DNA from: Pseudomonadota bacterium
GTDB taxonomy: Archaea; Thermoplasmatota; SW-10-69-26; JACQPN01; JAJPHT01
DNA: 64,000 nt
Reading direction: 5' to 3'
NCBI GenBank assembly: GCA_021325135.1
Contig: JAJPHT010000016.1
Location: forward strand, 22,449-86,448
The first letter of the stretch is position 1, and the number at the start of each line of letters is the position of its first letter. Shown one piece after another: positions 9,639-19,002 of the stretch. The position numbers and the translations under genes are program-made. The notes under the pieces are model-generated. The model ran no database searches and was not told the DNA's origin. It worked only from the letters and a program-made list of their open reading frames with translations.

Positions 9639-10877
9639 TCACCGGCGCCGGAGGGCCAGGGCGGCGAGGCCCAGGAGGCCCAGCACAAGGGCAAGGCCCG
9701 GGGCGGGGACGACGTAGGTGCCCGTCTTGAGGTCCTTGAGGACCGCCGTCGCGGGCTCCTGGCCGGAGCCGGTCTGGACGAGGAGCGTGTCGCCCTTGGA
9801 GACCTTGCCGTCGCCGTCCTTGTCGGTGAAGGTCAGCGTGACGCCGCCCTGGGTCTTGTGGCCCTCGGAGAGGGTCATGCTCCACAGGGTGGGCTGCGCG
9901 CCGAAGCTCATGGAGTCCGCGCTGCCGGAGCCGGCGCCGCTCGCGTCCTTGACCTCCACGGAGACCTCCGAGAGGGGGATGCCGCCGCTGCTCTCGAAGG
10001 TCCACGTGACGTTGGAGGGCTGGTCGCCGCTGCCGCTGGAGAAGGGGAGCTTGTCGCTGGTGTAGCGCAGGCCCACCGCGCGGGTCACGGACTCGGGGAC
10101 CTGGAGCGCGAGCTCGCCGTTGTAGTAGAAGTCGATCTGCGTCGTGGCGCCCGAGAAGGGGTCCGCCGCGGCGCCGCTGCCGCTCTCCTTGGGGAGGGTG
10201 GTCTCCAGGTGGCAGAGGCGCGGGGGCTGCGAGTTGAGCACGTCCGCGGTGGCGTTGGTGGGCTGGCCCTGCTCCTTGGCGGAGAAGACGACGCGCACCG
10301 CGGCCTGGCCGTGGCAGGTGGTGGGCTCGGCGCTCACGACGCTGACGTTGCTGCCCTGGAAGGCGCCCACGACGTCGGTGGGGCTGAGGAACTGGCCGAA
10401 GGGGCTCTTCTCGGGGCTGGGCACCATGCTGCTGCCCTGGCCCGACTCGTTGGCGGGCGGGAAGACGAACGCCGTGCCGTTGGCGAGGTAGAGGCTCCCC
10501 TCCTTCGTGGTGTAGATGCTGAAGCCGCTCTTGAGGAAGGCCGCGGCCTCGGCGTTGCCCTGGGACTGCGCCGCGAGGGCCTGCGGGTCGCCGCGAAGCT
10601 CCACGTAGCTCGTCTTCGTGGAGTTGTCGAAGGTCGCGTTGAACGTGATGATCTTGTTCGCGCCGGAGAGGACGCTGGCCGACATGGCGAACTGCTGGGG
10701 GATGCCGGCGGCCGCCGCGTCCAGGAGCGCCTTGCCGCCCGCGGGCGTAAGCTGGTCCGCGCTGGGCGTCGAGGCCGTGGGGGTCGTGTTGCTGGCGTTG
10801 TTGCCGGCGCAGCCGGCAAGGACCATGCCCAGGCCCACGACGATGAGGAGAAGCGTGCGCGACGTCAGTCGTTCCAC
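9639..10877 (-). CDS. Cell-surface lipoprotein with C-terminal sorting-signal-like tail
   Basis: Lipobox VLAGC, Ser/Thr-rich, DKDGDG Ca-binding-like loop, tail VPAPG-TM-RRR. Confidence 0.8.
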   Translation of the reverse strand: MERLTSRTLLLIVVGLGMVLAGCAGNNASNTTPTASTPSADQLTPAGGKALLDAAAAGIPQQFAMSASVLSGANKIITFNATFDNSTKTSYVELRGDPQALAAQSQGNAEAAAFLKSGFSIYTTKEGSLYLANGTAFVFPPANESGQGSSMVPSPEKSPFGQFLSPTDVVGAFQGSNVSVVSAEPTTCHGQAAVRVVFSAKEQGQPTNATADVLNSQPPRLCHLETTLPKESGSGAAADPFSGATTQIDFYYNGELALQVPESVTRAVGLRYTSDKLPFSSGSGDQPSNVTWTFESSGGIPLSEVSVEVKDASGAGSGSADSMSFGAQPTLWSMTLSEGHKTQGGVTLTFTDKDGDGKVSKGDTLLVQTGSGQEPATAVLKDLKTGTYVVPAPGLALVLGLLGLAALALRRR

Positions 10878-10937
10878 CGGGGTCGCCGAGGGGGACCCCT
10901 GGGTTTGTAGCTTGCGGATTCCCTGTTGAATGCCGGC

Positions 10938-12047
10938 TCAGGCGCGCCCGCGGCCGGCCAGCGCGGCGGGGTCGTGCCCCAGATCCGCGAGGCGCTGGCG
11001 CGTGGCGCCCTCCACGAGGAGCGGCCGGCGCGCGAGGTCCGAGGCGCGCGCGGAGCCGGTGAGGAAGCACGCCGTCCTCAATTCCAATTCCACCTGCCCC
11101 GCGAACGCGATGGCGTCCTTGGCGGAGCGGTTCGCGGCGTGGAGGAACGCGCTGGCGAAGCCCGCGAGCGTCGCGCCCAGGGCCAGCGCGCGCGCCGCGT
11201 CGAGCCCGCTGCGCAGGCCCCCCGTGGCGACCACCGGCAATCCCACCTGCGCTTCCAGCACGGAGACCGGGGTGGGGATGCCCCAGTCGCGGTAGAGCGC
11301 GCCGAGGCGCTCGCGGTCCGCGCGCCCTTCGGCCGCGGCGCGGAACGTCTCCACCGCCGCGAACGTCGTGCCCGAGAGCCCGCCCACGTCCAGCGCCGCG
11401 ACGCCGCACGCCTTGAGCGCGGAGGCCGTGCCGCGCGCCATGCCCGCGCCGGTCTCCTTGGCGATGACGGGGACGCCCAGGTCCTTGGAGAGGTCGCGGA
11501 TGGCGTCGCGCACGCCGCGGCTGCGCAGGTCCCCCTCGGGCTGCACCGTCTCCTGGAGCGGGTTGAGGTGGACGATGAGCGCGTCGGCGTCGAGCATCTT
11601 CACCAGCTCGTCGATCTGGGCGCGGGTGAGCGGCCCCTTCTTGGCCTGCGGCACCAGCTGGGGCGCGCCGATGTTCGCGCACACGAAGGGCACGGAGTGG
11701 TCGCGCACGACGGCGAAGCTGCGCCGCGCCTCCGGTGATAGCAAAGCGGCGCGCTGGGAGCCCACGCCCATGGCGAGCCCGCGTGCAGCGGCTGCGGCGG
11801 CGAGGTTGCCGTTGATGCGCTCCGCGTCGGGGTAGCCCCCCGTCATGCTGGCGATCATCACGGGCGCGCCCAGGTCCGCGCCCAGGAAGCGCGTGCGCAG
11901 GTCGACGCCCTCCAGGTCCACGTCGGGCGCGGCCTCGTGGAGCAGGCGCACGTCGTCCCAGGCGTTCTCCCGCGCGCGCACGTCCTGGCCCAGGATGATG
12001 TCGACGTGCTCCTGCTTGCGGCTGCGGGTCTGCTCGGGCTCGCCCAT
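10938..12047 (-). CDS. fni: Type 2 isopentenyl-diphosphate isomerase
   Basis: Motifs RKQEH, SMTGG, GVGSQR, HLNPLQE, KETGAG, GGLSGT and WGIPT. Confidence 0.95.
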   Translation of the reverse strand: MGEPEQTRSRKQEHVDIILGQDVRARENAWDDVRLLHEAAPDVDLEGVDLRTRFLGADLGAPVMIASMTGGYPDAERINGNLAAAAAARGLAMGVGSQRAALLSPEARRSFAVVRDHSVPFVCANIGAPQLVPQAKKGPLTRAQIDELVKMLDADALIVHLNPLQETVQPEGDLRSRGVRDAIRDLSKDLGVPVIAKETGAGMARGTASALKACGVAALDVGGLSGTTFAAVETFRAAAEGRADRERLGALYRDWGIPTPVSVLEAQVGLPVVATGGLRSGLDAARALALGATLAGFASAFLHAANRSAKDAIAFAGQVELELRTACFLTGSARASDLARRPLLVEGATRQRLADLGHDPAALAGRGRA

Positions 12048-12077
12048 GCGCAAGGCCCGGAGGCGGGGCGCCGCGCT

Positions 12078-12545
12078 TCAACGTGCCTGTCCCGCCGCGG
12101 CGGCGCGCCGGCCCCAAAGGCGCCGCGCGTCGTCCGCGAGGACCCACGCCAGGAGCGCCAGCGCGACGAGGGGGAAGAACGCCTCCGTGGTCGTCGCGGC
12201 CACGACGCGCTGGCGCGGCGGCCCGTCCCACGCCGCCATGGAGCCCAGGAGGAGAAGCTGCGCCGCGAGCGTCACGACGCGCCCCGCGCGGGGGGCGAGC
12301 GCGAGCGTGGCCAGCGACGCGACGCTGGGGAGCGCGACCAGAAGGAGGGCCATGAGCGCGATGAGCGCGGGCAGGACGAAGAGGAGCCCGATGACCGTGG
12401 CCGCAAGGAAGGACAGCAGGCCCAGCGCGCCGACCGCCGGCGCGAGGAAGACGGCCGCCTCGGCGAGCAAGAAGATCAGCAGGGCGCGCTCGGAAAGAGG
12501 GCGCTCGCGGTGGAGCCTCCGGCGCAGCCAGCCTCGCACGGCCAC
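12078..12545 (-). CDS. Hypothetical membrane protein
   Basis: Hydrophobic ORF filling the gap between ipk and fni, co-oriented with both. Confidence 0.55.
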   Translation of the reverse strand: MAVRGWLRRRLHRERPLSERALLIFLLAEAAVFLAPAVGALGLLSFLAATVIGLLFVLPALIALMALLLVALPSVASLATLALAPRAGRVVTLAAQLLLLGSMAAWDGPPRQRVVAATTTEAFFPLVALALLAWVLADDARRLWGRRAAAAGQAR

Positions 12546-12589
12546 CCAGCCGAAGGCGGGGAGATGAGCGCTTGGTGCCGACTCTCAGA

Positions 12590-13339
12590 TCAAGAAAGGA
12601 CGACGGTCCCCACCGTGGGCTTCCCCGCCAGCGTGTCGGCGAGCCTTCCGGGAACGGCGCCGTTGACCACGTGGACCTCGACGCCCGCCTTGGCGACCTC
12701 GCGCGCCCGCGCGAGCTTGCCCGCCATGCCCCCCGTGACGTCGTGCCCCCGCGCGTGGCCGCCGCCCACGTGGTCGTGGGGCCCGACGCGGGGCAGGAGC
12801 GCGCCGTCGGGCCAGCGGTCGTAGATGCCGTCCACGTCGGTCACGAACACGGCGCGCTCGGGGCGCAGCGCGCGCGCCAGCTCGGCCATGATGACGTCGC
12901 CGCTGAGGATGCCCCAGCCGCGGGAGGCGTCCAGCGCGCCGTCCCCTGATAGCACGGGCACGAAGCCCGCGGCCAGCGTGTCCGCCACCGGCGCGTGCGC
13001 GAAGGAGAGGAGCCGCCCCGAGTCCAGCCGCGCCAGGTCATACGTCGAGTGCGTGATGGCGGGGAGCCCCGCGTCGCGCAGCGCCTCGGAGACGAGCACC
13101 GACAGCTCGCGCACGTCGGCGTGGACCTGCGCGAACGCCGCGTCGCGGCGCGCGTCCCGGTCGCGCCCCTCCGCGAGGCGGAACTCCTTCGCCAGGACGT
13201 GGCCGTAGGAGCCCGCGCCGTGGACGACGACCAGCGGACCGGGCGCGGCGCGAAGCTCCTGCGCGAGGCGCGAGAGGTCCTCCAGGCGCGGCGCGCGGTA
13301 CGTTGCCTTGTCGGTGATGACGCTGCCGCCCAGCTTCAC
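12590..13339 (-). CDS. ipk: Isopentenyl phosphate kinase
   Basis: Motifs KLGGSVITDK, VHGAGSYGH, SGD and DVTGGM. GTG at 13339 overlaps the mvk stop (GTGA); the true start could be a few codons earlier. Confidence 0.92.
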   Translation of the reverse strand: MKLGGSVITDKATYRAPRLEDLSRLAQELRAAPGPLVVVHGAGSYGHVLAKEFRLAEGRDRDARRDAAFAQVHADVRELSVLVSEALRDAGLPAITHSTYDLARLDSGRLLSFAHAPVADTLAAGFVPVLSGDGALDASRGWGILSGDVIMAELARALRPERAVFVTDVDGIYDRWPDGALLPRVGPHDHVGGGHARGHDVTGGMAGKLARAREVAKAGVEVHVVNGAVPGRLADTLAGKPTVGTVVLS

Positions 13340-14280
13340 AAGGTGGACGCGCTCACCCCCGGGCCGCCAAGCTGCACGACGAGCGGGTGCCCGCCGCGCT
13401 TCGCGATGGCCGCGGCGCACGCCTCGGGCTCGTCGGTCAAGGCGATCATGCTCCCGCCGCCACCGGAGCCCGTGAGCTTCGCGCCGTAGGCGTGCTGCCG
13501 CGCGGCGTTGCACAGGTCGTCGAGCTTGGGCGTGGAGACGCCCAGGATGGTGAGGAGGTCGTGGGCCTCGTCCATGGCGACGCCCAGAGCCAGCTTCTCG
13601 CGGTCCTGGATCAGCTCCACCGCCTGGCGGCTGATCTTGCCCAGGTCGCGGATGACCTCCCGCGCGAAGCCCGTCTTCTTGACGAAGCGGCCCACCTTGG
13701 CCACCTCGTCCATGGTGCGCCCGCGCTGGAGGGAGTTCCCGATGACCAGCGTGAGGGGGGGGATGTCGATGTGATGCAGGTACCAGCGGCGCTCCCCGCG
13801 CTGGATGTCCCACAGGAAGCCCGGGCCCTTCTCCTTGTCCACGAGGACCGCGTGCCCGTGGGTGACGGTGCTGGTGTCGGTGGGGCTCCCGCGGCCGCGC
13901 TGGGCGCTGACCTCCGCGGCGTAGGCCTCCCGGGCGCAACGCTCCTCCCCAAGCTGCCCCTGCAGCTGCAGGAGGGCGGCCGTCGTGGCGACGGAGAGGG
14001 CGGCGCTGCTGCCCAGGCCCGAGGCGCTGGGGACGCGGCTGTCGGTGCGCACGTCCAGGGGCGGCCCCCCCTTCCAGAGGTTCTCGATGGCGTCCTTGAT
14101 GTACGCGTGGTGGTAGGGCGCGAGGGGCTGCCCATTGACCCGGTGCTGGTCCCCCGCTTCCCTCACGGTGACCTCGGTGCGCAGGCTCAGCGCCACGGCC
14201 ACGGCCGGCTCGCCGTAGACGACCGCGTGCTCCCCGAAGAGGATCACCTTCCCGGGGGCCGAGGCCCGCGCGCCCGCCAT
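13336..14280 (-). CDS. mvk: Mevalonate kinase
   Basis: Motifs APGKVILFGEHAVVYG, PSASGLGSSAA and KLTGSGGGG. Confidence 0.92.
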   Translation of the reverse strand: MAGARASAPGKVILFGEHAVVYGEPAVAVALSLRTEVTVREAGDQHRVNGQPLAPYHHAYIKDAIENLWKGGPPLDVRTDSRVPSASGLGSSAALSVATTAALLQLQGQLGEERCAREAYAAEVSAQRGRGSPTDTSTVTHGHAVLVDKEKGPGFLWDIQRGERRWYLHHIDIPPLTLVIGNSLQRGRTMDEVAKVGRFVKKTGFAREVIRDLGKISRQAVELIQDREKLALGVAMDEAHDLLTILGVSTPKLDDLCNAARQHAYGAKLTGSGGGGSMIALTDEPEACAAAIAKRGGHPLVVQLGGPGVSASTL

Positions 14281-14417
14281 GCGTCGCGGGCAACAGGACC
14301 GAGCCGGATAAGGGCACCGAAGGGCGCGGCAGGGCGCTGGCCTCGGCAGACTGACGGGGAACCGCCGGCACGGCCCAGAGAAACTGACTTACCGACCAAC
14401 GGACAACACCTTCGGGC

Positions 14418-14660
14418 ATGGCCGACCCGGTCCGAGCCCTGCCTGACGCCCTGTTGGGCCTCGCGCCCACTCGTGGAACCGTCTGCCCCCGATGCGGGTC
14501 GCCCACCAGCGCGCTTGCCAACGGCCGGGGTCGGCTGGACATCTGCGCGCGCTGCGGGACCTTCGACATGACGACGCCCGAAGGGCTCACCCTCTTCTCC
14601 CTGAAGGGCCTCGAGCTGCCCCGCGCCGTCCTGAAGCTGAAGGCGGCGGACGAGCCTTAG
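14418..14660 (+). CDS. Small zinc-ribbon protein
   Basis: CPRC...CARC, 80 aa. Confidence 0.65.
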   Translation: MADPVRALPDALLGLAPTRGTVCPRCGSPTSALANGRGRLDICARCGTFDMTTPEGLTLFSLKGLELPRAVLKLKAADEP

Positions 14661-15457
14661 CTCTCCTTCTCGGTGTCCTCGTCCTTGAGTGAGCCGTCCC
14701 CCACGCCGGGCGGCGGCCAGGCGTCCAGGCCGCGCAGCGCACGGCCCAGCGTGCCCATCACGCGGTGGTACTCCCAGGCGGTGATCCCGGCGCGGCCCAT
14801 GAGGCGGCGGAACATCTGGTCCCCCTGCTCGACGCGGTGCGGCTGGAAGCCCACCACCTCGTTCATGTGCCGCCACGTCGCGAAGAGGACCTCCTTCTCG
14901 TGGGGCTTCGCCATGGAGACGTAGGGCGTGGGCGGGTGCGCGTCGCGCTGGATCTCGTAGAGCGCCACCGCCACGGCGTGGCTGAGGTTCATGCTGCGGT
15001 ACTGCTGCCGCGTCGGGATGGAGCAGAGCAGGTCGCACGTCTCCACGTCCTCGTTGGAGAGGCCGAAGTCCTCGCGCCCGAAGACGAGCCCCACGCGCCC
15101 GCCCATGGTGGAGAGGCGCTGCGCGACGTCCTCCAGCCCTTCGGACATGCGGCGGTGCGCCTTGTTGATGGTGGAGATTCGCGACGCGAAGCCCACCAGC
15201 ACGTCGAACTCCTTCTTGGCCTCGGCGAGCGTGGGGAAGCGGCGCGCCCTGTCCAGCACGCCGCGGGCGTGGACGGCGCGCTCCCGCGTCTCCTCGTTCA
15301 TGGCGAAGGCGTTCACCAGCACGAGGTCCGAGACGCCGAAGTTCAGCATGCAGCGCGCGACGTGCCCGACGTTCCCGCCGTACTGGGGCTCGACGAGGAC
15401 CACCGAGAACCGCGACTCCGGCAAGGGGTCGTCCGGCCGCGGGTTCGTGTTGTTCAC
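14657..15457 (-). CDS. trmJ: tRNA/rRNA SPOUT methyltransferase, TrmJ family
   Basis: Motifs VLVEPQYGGNVG.VAR.MLNFG, VFGREDFGLSNE and SMNLSHAV. Confidence 0.88.
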   Translation of the reverse strand: MNNTNPRPDDPLPESRFSVVLVEPQYGGNVGHVARCMLNFGVSDLVLVNAFAMNEETRERAVHARGVLDRARRFPTLAEAKKEFDVLVGFASRISTINKAHRRMSEGLEDVAQRLSTMGGRVGLVFGREDFGLSNEDVETCDLLCSIPTRQQYRSMNLSHAVAVALYEIQRDAHPPTPYVSMAKPHEKEVLFATWRHMNEVVGFQPHRVEQGDQMFRRLMGRAGITAWEYHRVMGTLGRALRGLDAWPPPGVGDGSLKDEDTEKES

Positions 15458-15574
15458 GCGGCGCGCGATGGGGGGTGCCCTTCTTGGAGGCTTCGGGGCC
15501 TGCGGGGAGGCGCCGGGCTGGCGGCGCAGAGATGGAGACGCAAGAAAAGGGGCGCTCGAAGAAGGGCGAGGGGC

Positions 15575-15973
15575 TCACGCGGAGCGCTTGGAGGTGGCGC
15601 CGAACTCGCTCTCCTTCTTGGAGATGCGGTCGCCGAACTTGTCGGGCAGGCGGCGGGCCAGGTCCTCCAGGTCCTTGCGGCGGCTGCTGAACTCGCTGCG
15701 CTTGGGCGTGTCCAGGAGCTTCTCGAAGCGGCGGCGCAGGACGAGCTGCTCGCCGAAGTAGAAGCCGCCCATGATCAGCAGGATGGGGCCGCCGATGAAG
15801 AGGATGAGGTTGTAGTTGCCCTCGGGGCGCTCGACGAGGCTCTTGTAGCTCGCCAGCAGGTCGGGCGTGGGCTGGACGAAGCTGTAGACCCAGCTGATGA
15901 CCGTGAGGATGAGCCCGATGATCGCCAGGACCAGCCCGATCTCCAGCAGGTGGTTCTTCGTCCACTTCGCCAT
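15575..15973 (-). CDS. DUF3198-like membrane protein
   Basis: Two TM helices followed by FEKLLDTPKRSEF..DLEDLA. TTTAAA box about 40 nt upstream. Confidence 0.7.
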   Translation of the reverse strand: MAKWTKNHLLEIGLVLAIIGLILTVISWVYSFVQPTPDLLASYKSLVERPEGNYNLILFIGGPILLIMGGFYFGEQLVLRRRFEKLLDTPKRSEFSSRRKDLEDLARRLPDKFGDRISKKESEFGATSKRSA

Positions 15974-16069
15974 GTTGCCAACCTTGGGCGCCGCAGCGGG
16001 CGCGGGCCATTTAAACATTCGGGGCGGCCGCTCCGACGGGCCTGCCCTCTGCCGGTCCTGCTCCTCGAT

Positions 16070-16139
16070 GCAACCCGAACCCACGAACCACCGGACCAGA
16101 GCAAGACCCGTGGTCCGGTGGTTCGTGGGTTCGGGTTGC
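16070..16139. repeat. Perfect 29-bp inverted repeat with 12-nt loop
   Basis: 16070-16098 is the exact reverse complement of 16111-16139. Confidence 0.95.
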
Positions 16140-16225
16140 TTCTGGGAGCGGGGCCAGGGAGCCCCGGTTTCAACTTCGCAGCCTTCTTAACCCTCCGCCC
16201 GCCATTTCCGGGCCGGGATGCATCC

Positions 16226-16549
16226 ATGACGCTCAGCATCGAGGAACTCTGGGTCAAGGCGGCCGTCGAGCACCGCTGCGTGTACATCTCGTACAAGAAC
16301 CCCGAGACGCGGCTCGTCTACAACAACCGCAACATCCGTCCGGAAATCGTGACCCAGGACGAGAGCGGCAACGTCACGCTCTGGGGCTTCCTGGACCACA
16401 ACCCCTTCGTGGGCCTCAAGGCGTTCAGCCCCAAGTACTTCCAGAACGCGCGCCTCACCAACGACGGCTTCAAGCCCCAGCCCAACTCGCGCTGGCAGGA
16501 GCTCGTCCCCATCTACGACCAGATGGGCCTGAAGGTCAAGGACTCCTGA
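16226..16549 (+). CDS. Stand-alone WYL-domain-like protein (107 aa)
   Basis: AAVEHRCVYISY...RNIRPE...LWGF...KAFSPKYFQNARLT..F.P follows the WYL layout. TTCTTAAC upstream. Confidence 0.65.
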   Translation: MTLSIEELWVKAAVEHRCVYISYKNPETRLVYNNRNIRPEIVTQDESGNVTLWGFLDHNPFVGLKAFSPKYFQNARLTNDGFKPQPNSRWQELVPIYDQMGLKVKDS

Positions 16550-16630
16550 GGCCTCTCTTCTTCCTGGGCTCTCCCGCGGCCCGCCCCTGTCGGATGCCCC
16601 CAGCGTCGGCTCCGCGCGTCTCTCGCTTTC

Positions 16631-16743
16631 GTCACCACTTGACGCGACGACGCCACGGCGCCACGACGCGACGGACGAGGGAAACCCCTGTTTCTCCGGT
16701 CGTCGCGTCGTGGCGCCGTGGCGTCGTCGCGTCAAGTGGTGAC
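16631..16743. repeat. Perfect 43-bp inverted repeat with 27-nt loop
   Basis: 16631-16673 is the exact reverse complement of 16701-16743. Lies between convergent genes. Confidence 0.95.
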
Positions 16744-16771
16744 AGAAGACGAGAGCTACCTCAGGGAGGCG

Positions 16772-18232
16772 CTACCCGACGAGGTTCACCAGGGGGGGCA
16801 CGACGATGGGAAGCAGGATCAGCGCCAGGATGAAGAGGCCCAGCGCGGCGGTGGCGCGGCTGACCTGCTTCTGGACGCGGTCGAGCTTCTCCTGCGTCTC
16901 GGCGTCCTTGCCCTTGACCTTGAGGGCGCCCATCTCCTCGCGCTCCACGGCGACGCGGGCGCGGTCCACCTGATAGCGCTTCATGAAGTGGTCCGAGAGG
17001 GTGGCCTTGAACATCTGGCCGCCGTCCAGAGGCCCCGCGGGGAGCGCGTTGAAGGTGCCCAGCATGAGGTTGATCCAGACGATCCAGTAGAGGAGCGTCG
17101 CGAGCCCGAAGAACGCCGGCGCACCCAGGACCGCCAGCGGGCCGTGGAGGGTGAAGAGGCCGTTGTAGGGCGCGGCGAGCACGTCCACGCCCTGGCTGAA
17201 GATGAAGAAGGGGTACGCGACGTAGAAGAGGAAGCTGCTGAGGCTCCCGAAGGGGTGCTGGATCGCGTCGCGCATGGAGTCCAGCGTGTCCAGCCCGATG
17301 CCGGCGACGCCCAGGAACCCCTTGCCGCGGTTCTCGGGCACGTTGGAGGAGGGCGCGACCTTCTGCACGTAGTCGTACTTGTCCGTGAGGACCGCCTGCG
17401 TGCTGAGCGCCTTGCCCCCGCGCAGGTACTCGATGGGGATGGTCTGTCCCGCGTGCGTGCCGTTCATCACCGTGGTGTACGAGTCGCGGTCGGTGATGGC
17501 GACGCCGTTGACCTTGGTGAGCACGTCGCCGTTGCGCAGGCCCGCGGCCTCCGCGCCGCTGCCGGGCTCCACCGAGCCGATGACGACGCCGTGGCCGTCG
17601 TTGGCCAGCGTGAGGCTCCCCATGAACGCCACGGAGAGCAGGCCGCCCGCGACCAGCGCCAGCACGATGTTGCTGGTGGGGCCCGCGGCGAAGACGCGGT
17701 TCTTCTCCCGCGTCGTGGCCTTGAGGAGGTCCTCCTCGTCGGGCTCGACGAAGGCGCCGATGGGGATGATGAACGTGACGAGGCCGAGGCTCTTGACCTT
17801 CATGCGGCCCACGAACGCCATGACGCCGTGGCTCCCCTCGTGGATGAGGAGCGCCACCAGCAGCGCCAGCAGGCCGTAGCCCACGGGGATGAGGGGGTTG
17901 ACGCCGGGCACGCCGATGAGGAACTCGGGGGGAGGCGCGTTGGCCGCCGCCTCCTTGGGCGCGCTCACGTACTTCCAGAGGCTCGCCACCAGGAGCACGA
18001 ACACCAGGATGCCCATGGCCCACGTGAGCACGATGCCCGCGTCGGCGACGACCATCCAGAAGCGCCGCGGCGTCGCGACCTTCTGGATCGCCTTCTTGCC
18101 CAGCTGCGTGCGCCAGAAGAGGAACGGCCCGTTGAGCTCGAACCCGCCCTTGAGGGGCCCTCGCCCGCGCAGGAGGAGGACCAGCGCGGCGTAGGCCGCC
18201 AGCAGGATCAGGAAGACGAGCCAGCCGTTCAT
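16772..18232 (-). CDS. Site-2 (M50) intramembrane metalloprotease with PDZ domain
   Basis: HEGSH, GAFVEPD, AGPTSN, PDZ region and FNALPAGPLDGG. Confidence 0.93.
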   Translation of the reverse strand: MNGWLVFLILLAAYAALVLLLRGRGPLKGGFELNGPFLFWRTQLGKKAIQKVATPRRFWMVVADAGIVLTWAMGILVFVLLVASLWKYVSAPKEAAANAPPPEFLIGVPGVNPLIPVGYGLLALLVALLIHEGSHGVMAFVGRMKVKSLGLVTFIIPIGAFVEPDEEDLLKATTREKNRVFAAGPTSNIVLALVAGGLLSVAFMGSLTLANDGHGVVIGSVEPGSGAEAAGLRNGDVLTKVNGVAITDRDSYTTVMNGTHAGQTIPIEYLRGGKALSTQAVLTDKYDYVQKVAPSSNVPENRGKGFLGVAGIGLDTLDSMRDAIQHPFGSLSSFLFYVAYPFFIFSQGVDVLAAPYNGLFTLHGPLAVLGAPAFFGLATLLYWIVWINLMLGTFNALPAGPLDGGQMFKATLSDHFMKRYQVDRARVAVEREEMGALKVKGKDAETQEKLDRVQKQVSRATAALGLFILALILLPIVVPPLVNLVG

Positions 18233-18305
18233 GGTCGGAAGCAGACTCGGGGGCTCCTCATTTAAGGGTTGTCGGATCGGACGGCCGGAGTCCGCCAGCG
18301 GGCGA

Positions 18306-18923
18306 TCAGACCGCGGCGACGCGCAGCCCCGCGAGCCCCTGCTTGACCAGGGCCTCCACGTCCAGGCGGGACTCCTCCTTCTCGACGCGCTCCAGCGCCG
18401 CGCCCGTGCTGGGGTTCGAGGGGCCCAGCACGTCGCAAAGCTCGGGGCCCTTGCTGATCTCGAAGGTGCCCCACTCCCGCGCGAGGTCGATGATGTCCAC
18501 CTTGTCGTAGGCCAGCAGGGGGCGCAGCACGGGGAGGGGCGCCGCGCGGTCGATGCTGGCGAGGTTGGGGAGCGTCTGGCTGCTCACCTGCCCGAGGTTC
18601 TCCCCGGTGGCGATGGCCGCGCAGCCCAAATCCGGCGCCATGGCGCCCGCGATGCGGGCCATGAGGCGCTTGCTGAGCACGAAGTAGAGGCGCTCGTCGG
18701 CGCGCTTCACCAGCTCCCCGAAAAGGGGGCCGGCGGGCACGACGTGGAGGCGCGCAAGGCCCAGGGCTTTCGCCAGCGCCTTGGCCTTCTCCTCGCCGCC
18801 GCCGTCGGTGAAGGGCTCCAGCGAGAAGTGGACCGCCTCCAGCGCGAGCCCCTGCTCCTGGAGGAGCTTGCCGGCGACGGGCGAGTCGATGCCGCCCGAG
18901 AGGAGCAGGAGGGCGCGGGGCAC
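18306..18923 (-). CDS. ThiI-like PP-loop adenylyltransferase domain (no THUMP domain)
   Basis: Motifs LLSGGIDSPVA, TGENLGQVSSQTL and RPL..DK. GTG start at 18923. Confidence 0.8.
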   Translation of the reverse strand: MPRALLLLSGGIDSPVAGKLLQEQGLALEAVHFSLEPFTDGGGEEKAKALAKALGLARLHVVPAGPLFGELVKRADERLYFVLSKRLMARIAGAMAPDLGCAAIATGENLGQVSSQTLPNLASIDRAAPLPVLRPLLAYDKVDIIDLAREWGTFEISKGPELCDVLGPSNPSTGAALERVEKEESRLDVEALVKQGLAGLRVAAV

Positions 18924-19002
18924 GAGGCCCCCAGGCCGCCTCCTCAAGAAAAGCCTAGGCCCGGGCCGGACGCCTCCAAAGGGCCCGGGGCGAAGGGTGT
19001 CC

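Noticed and set aside
14281-14417. Possible tRNA or ncRNA between mvk and the zinc-ribbon gene
   Set aside because: No cloverleaf or T-loop; explained by divergent promoters.
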